Source: Octopus sinensis
Taxonomy: Eukaryota
DNA: 64,000 nt
Direction of reading: 5' to 3'
Assembly (NCBI RefSeq): GCF_006345805.1
Contig: NC_042997.1
Location: forward strand, 154,504,001 to 154,568,000
In this document: one piece after another, positions 63,735 through 64,000 of the stretch
Layout: each line of letters begins with the position of its first letter
Numbering within the stretch: the first letter of the stretch is position 1
The notes under the pieces: model-generated
The model's database searches: none
Told to the model about the DNA's origin: nothing
What the model saw: the letters and a program-made list of their open reading frames with translations, nothing else
Made by a program: the position numbers and the translations under genes

Positions 63735-63960
63735 CCTTTTTTTTATTTCCTTTTTTTCTTGTTTCAGTCATTTGACTGCGGCCATGATGAAGCACCGCCT
63801 TCAATGATTTGAATCGAACAAATCGCCCCCACAGCATACTTTTGAAAGACTTGTACTTAATCTATCGGTCTCGTTTGCTGAACCGCGAGACTACGGGGAC
63901 GTAAACACACCAACACCGTTGTCAAGCGGTGGTGGGTGACAAACAGAGACACGCATATAG
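63735..63960 (-). mobile_element. SINE 3' half (internal-microsatellite family)
   Basis: gtttcagtcatttgactgcggccatgatgaagcaccgcc...ggggacgtaaacacacc...gttgtcaagcgg. Confidence 0.8.
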
Positions 63961-64000
63961 ATACGCACACACACACACGAACACACACACACGAACACAC

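Overview
AT-rich, repeat-saturated eukaryotic DNA. The SINE families and extreme microsatellite load point to a coleoid cephalopod, probably Octopus (inference). I can support no intact protein-coding gene, rRNA, tRNA or CRISPR array; most ORF-track entries are microsatellite translations or short unassigned ORFs. The window reads as intronic or intergenic sequence built from several layers. (1) Dozens of tRNA-derived SINEs from about 4 families. (2) Decayed DNA transposons: a full-length mariner, a second mariner fragment, a DD37D maT element, a pogo-like HTH+PHD deletion derivative, a MuDR-like fragment, mariner/hAT/piggyBac-like MITEs and two non-autonomous Helitrons. (3) LINE remnants: CR1-group, a HERO-like 3' end, and three R4/Dong restriction-like-endonuclease fragments clustered in (TAA)n tracts. 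(4) Local duplications. The most interesting signal is a set of hammerhead-ribozyme-like motifs with non-canonical cores. Three lie within about 2 kb (45.2-47.3 kb): two inside long foldback palindromes (Penelope-like inverted pLTRs) and one in a 324-bp unit with a direct terminal repeat (non-LTR retrozyme-like). A second notable item is a ~555-bp non-coding element that occurs twice next to (AAT)n tracts beside Dong fragments. A few minus-strand exon candidates are reported at low confidence. All alignments and translations were done by eye; boundaries of decayed elements are approximate.
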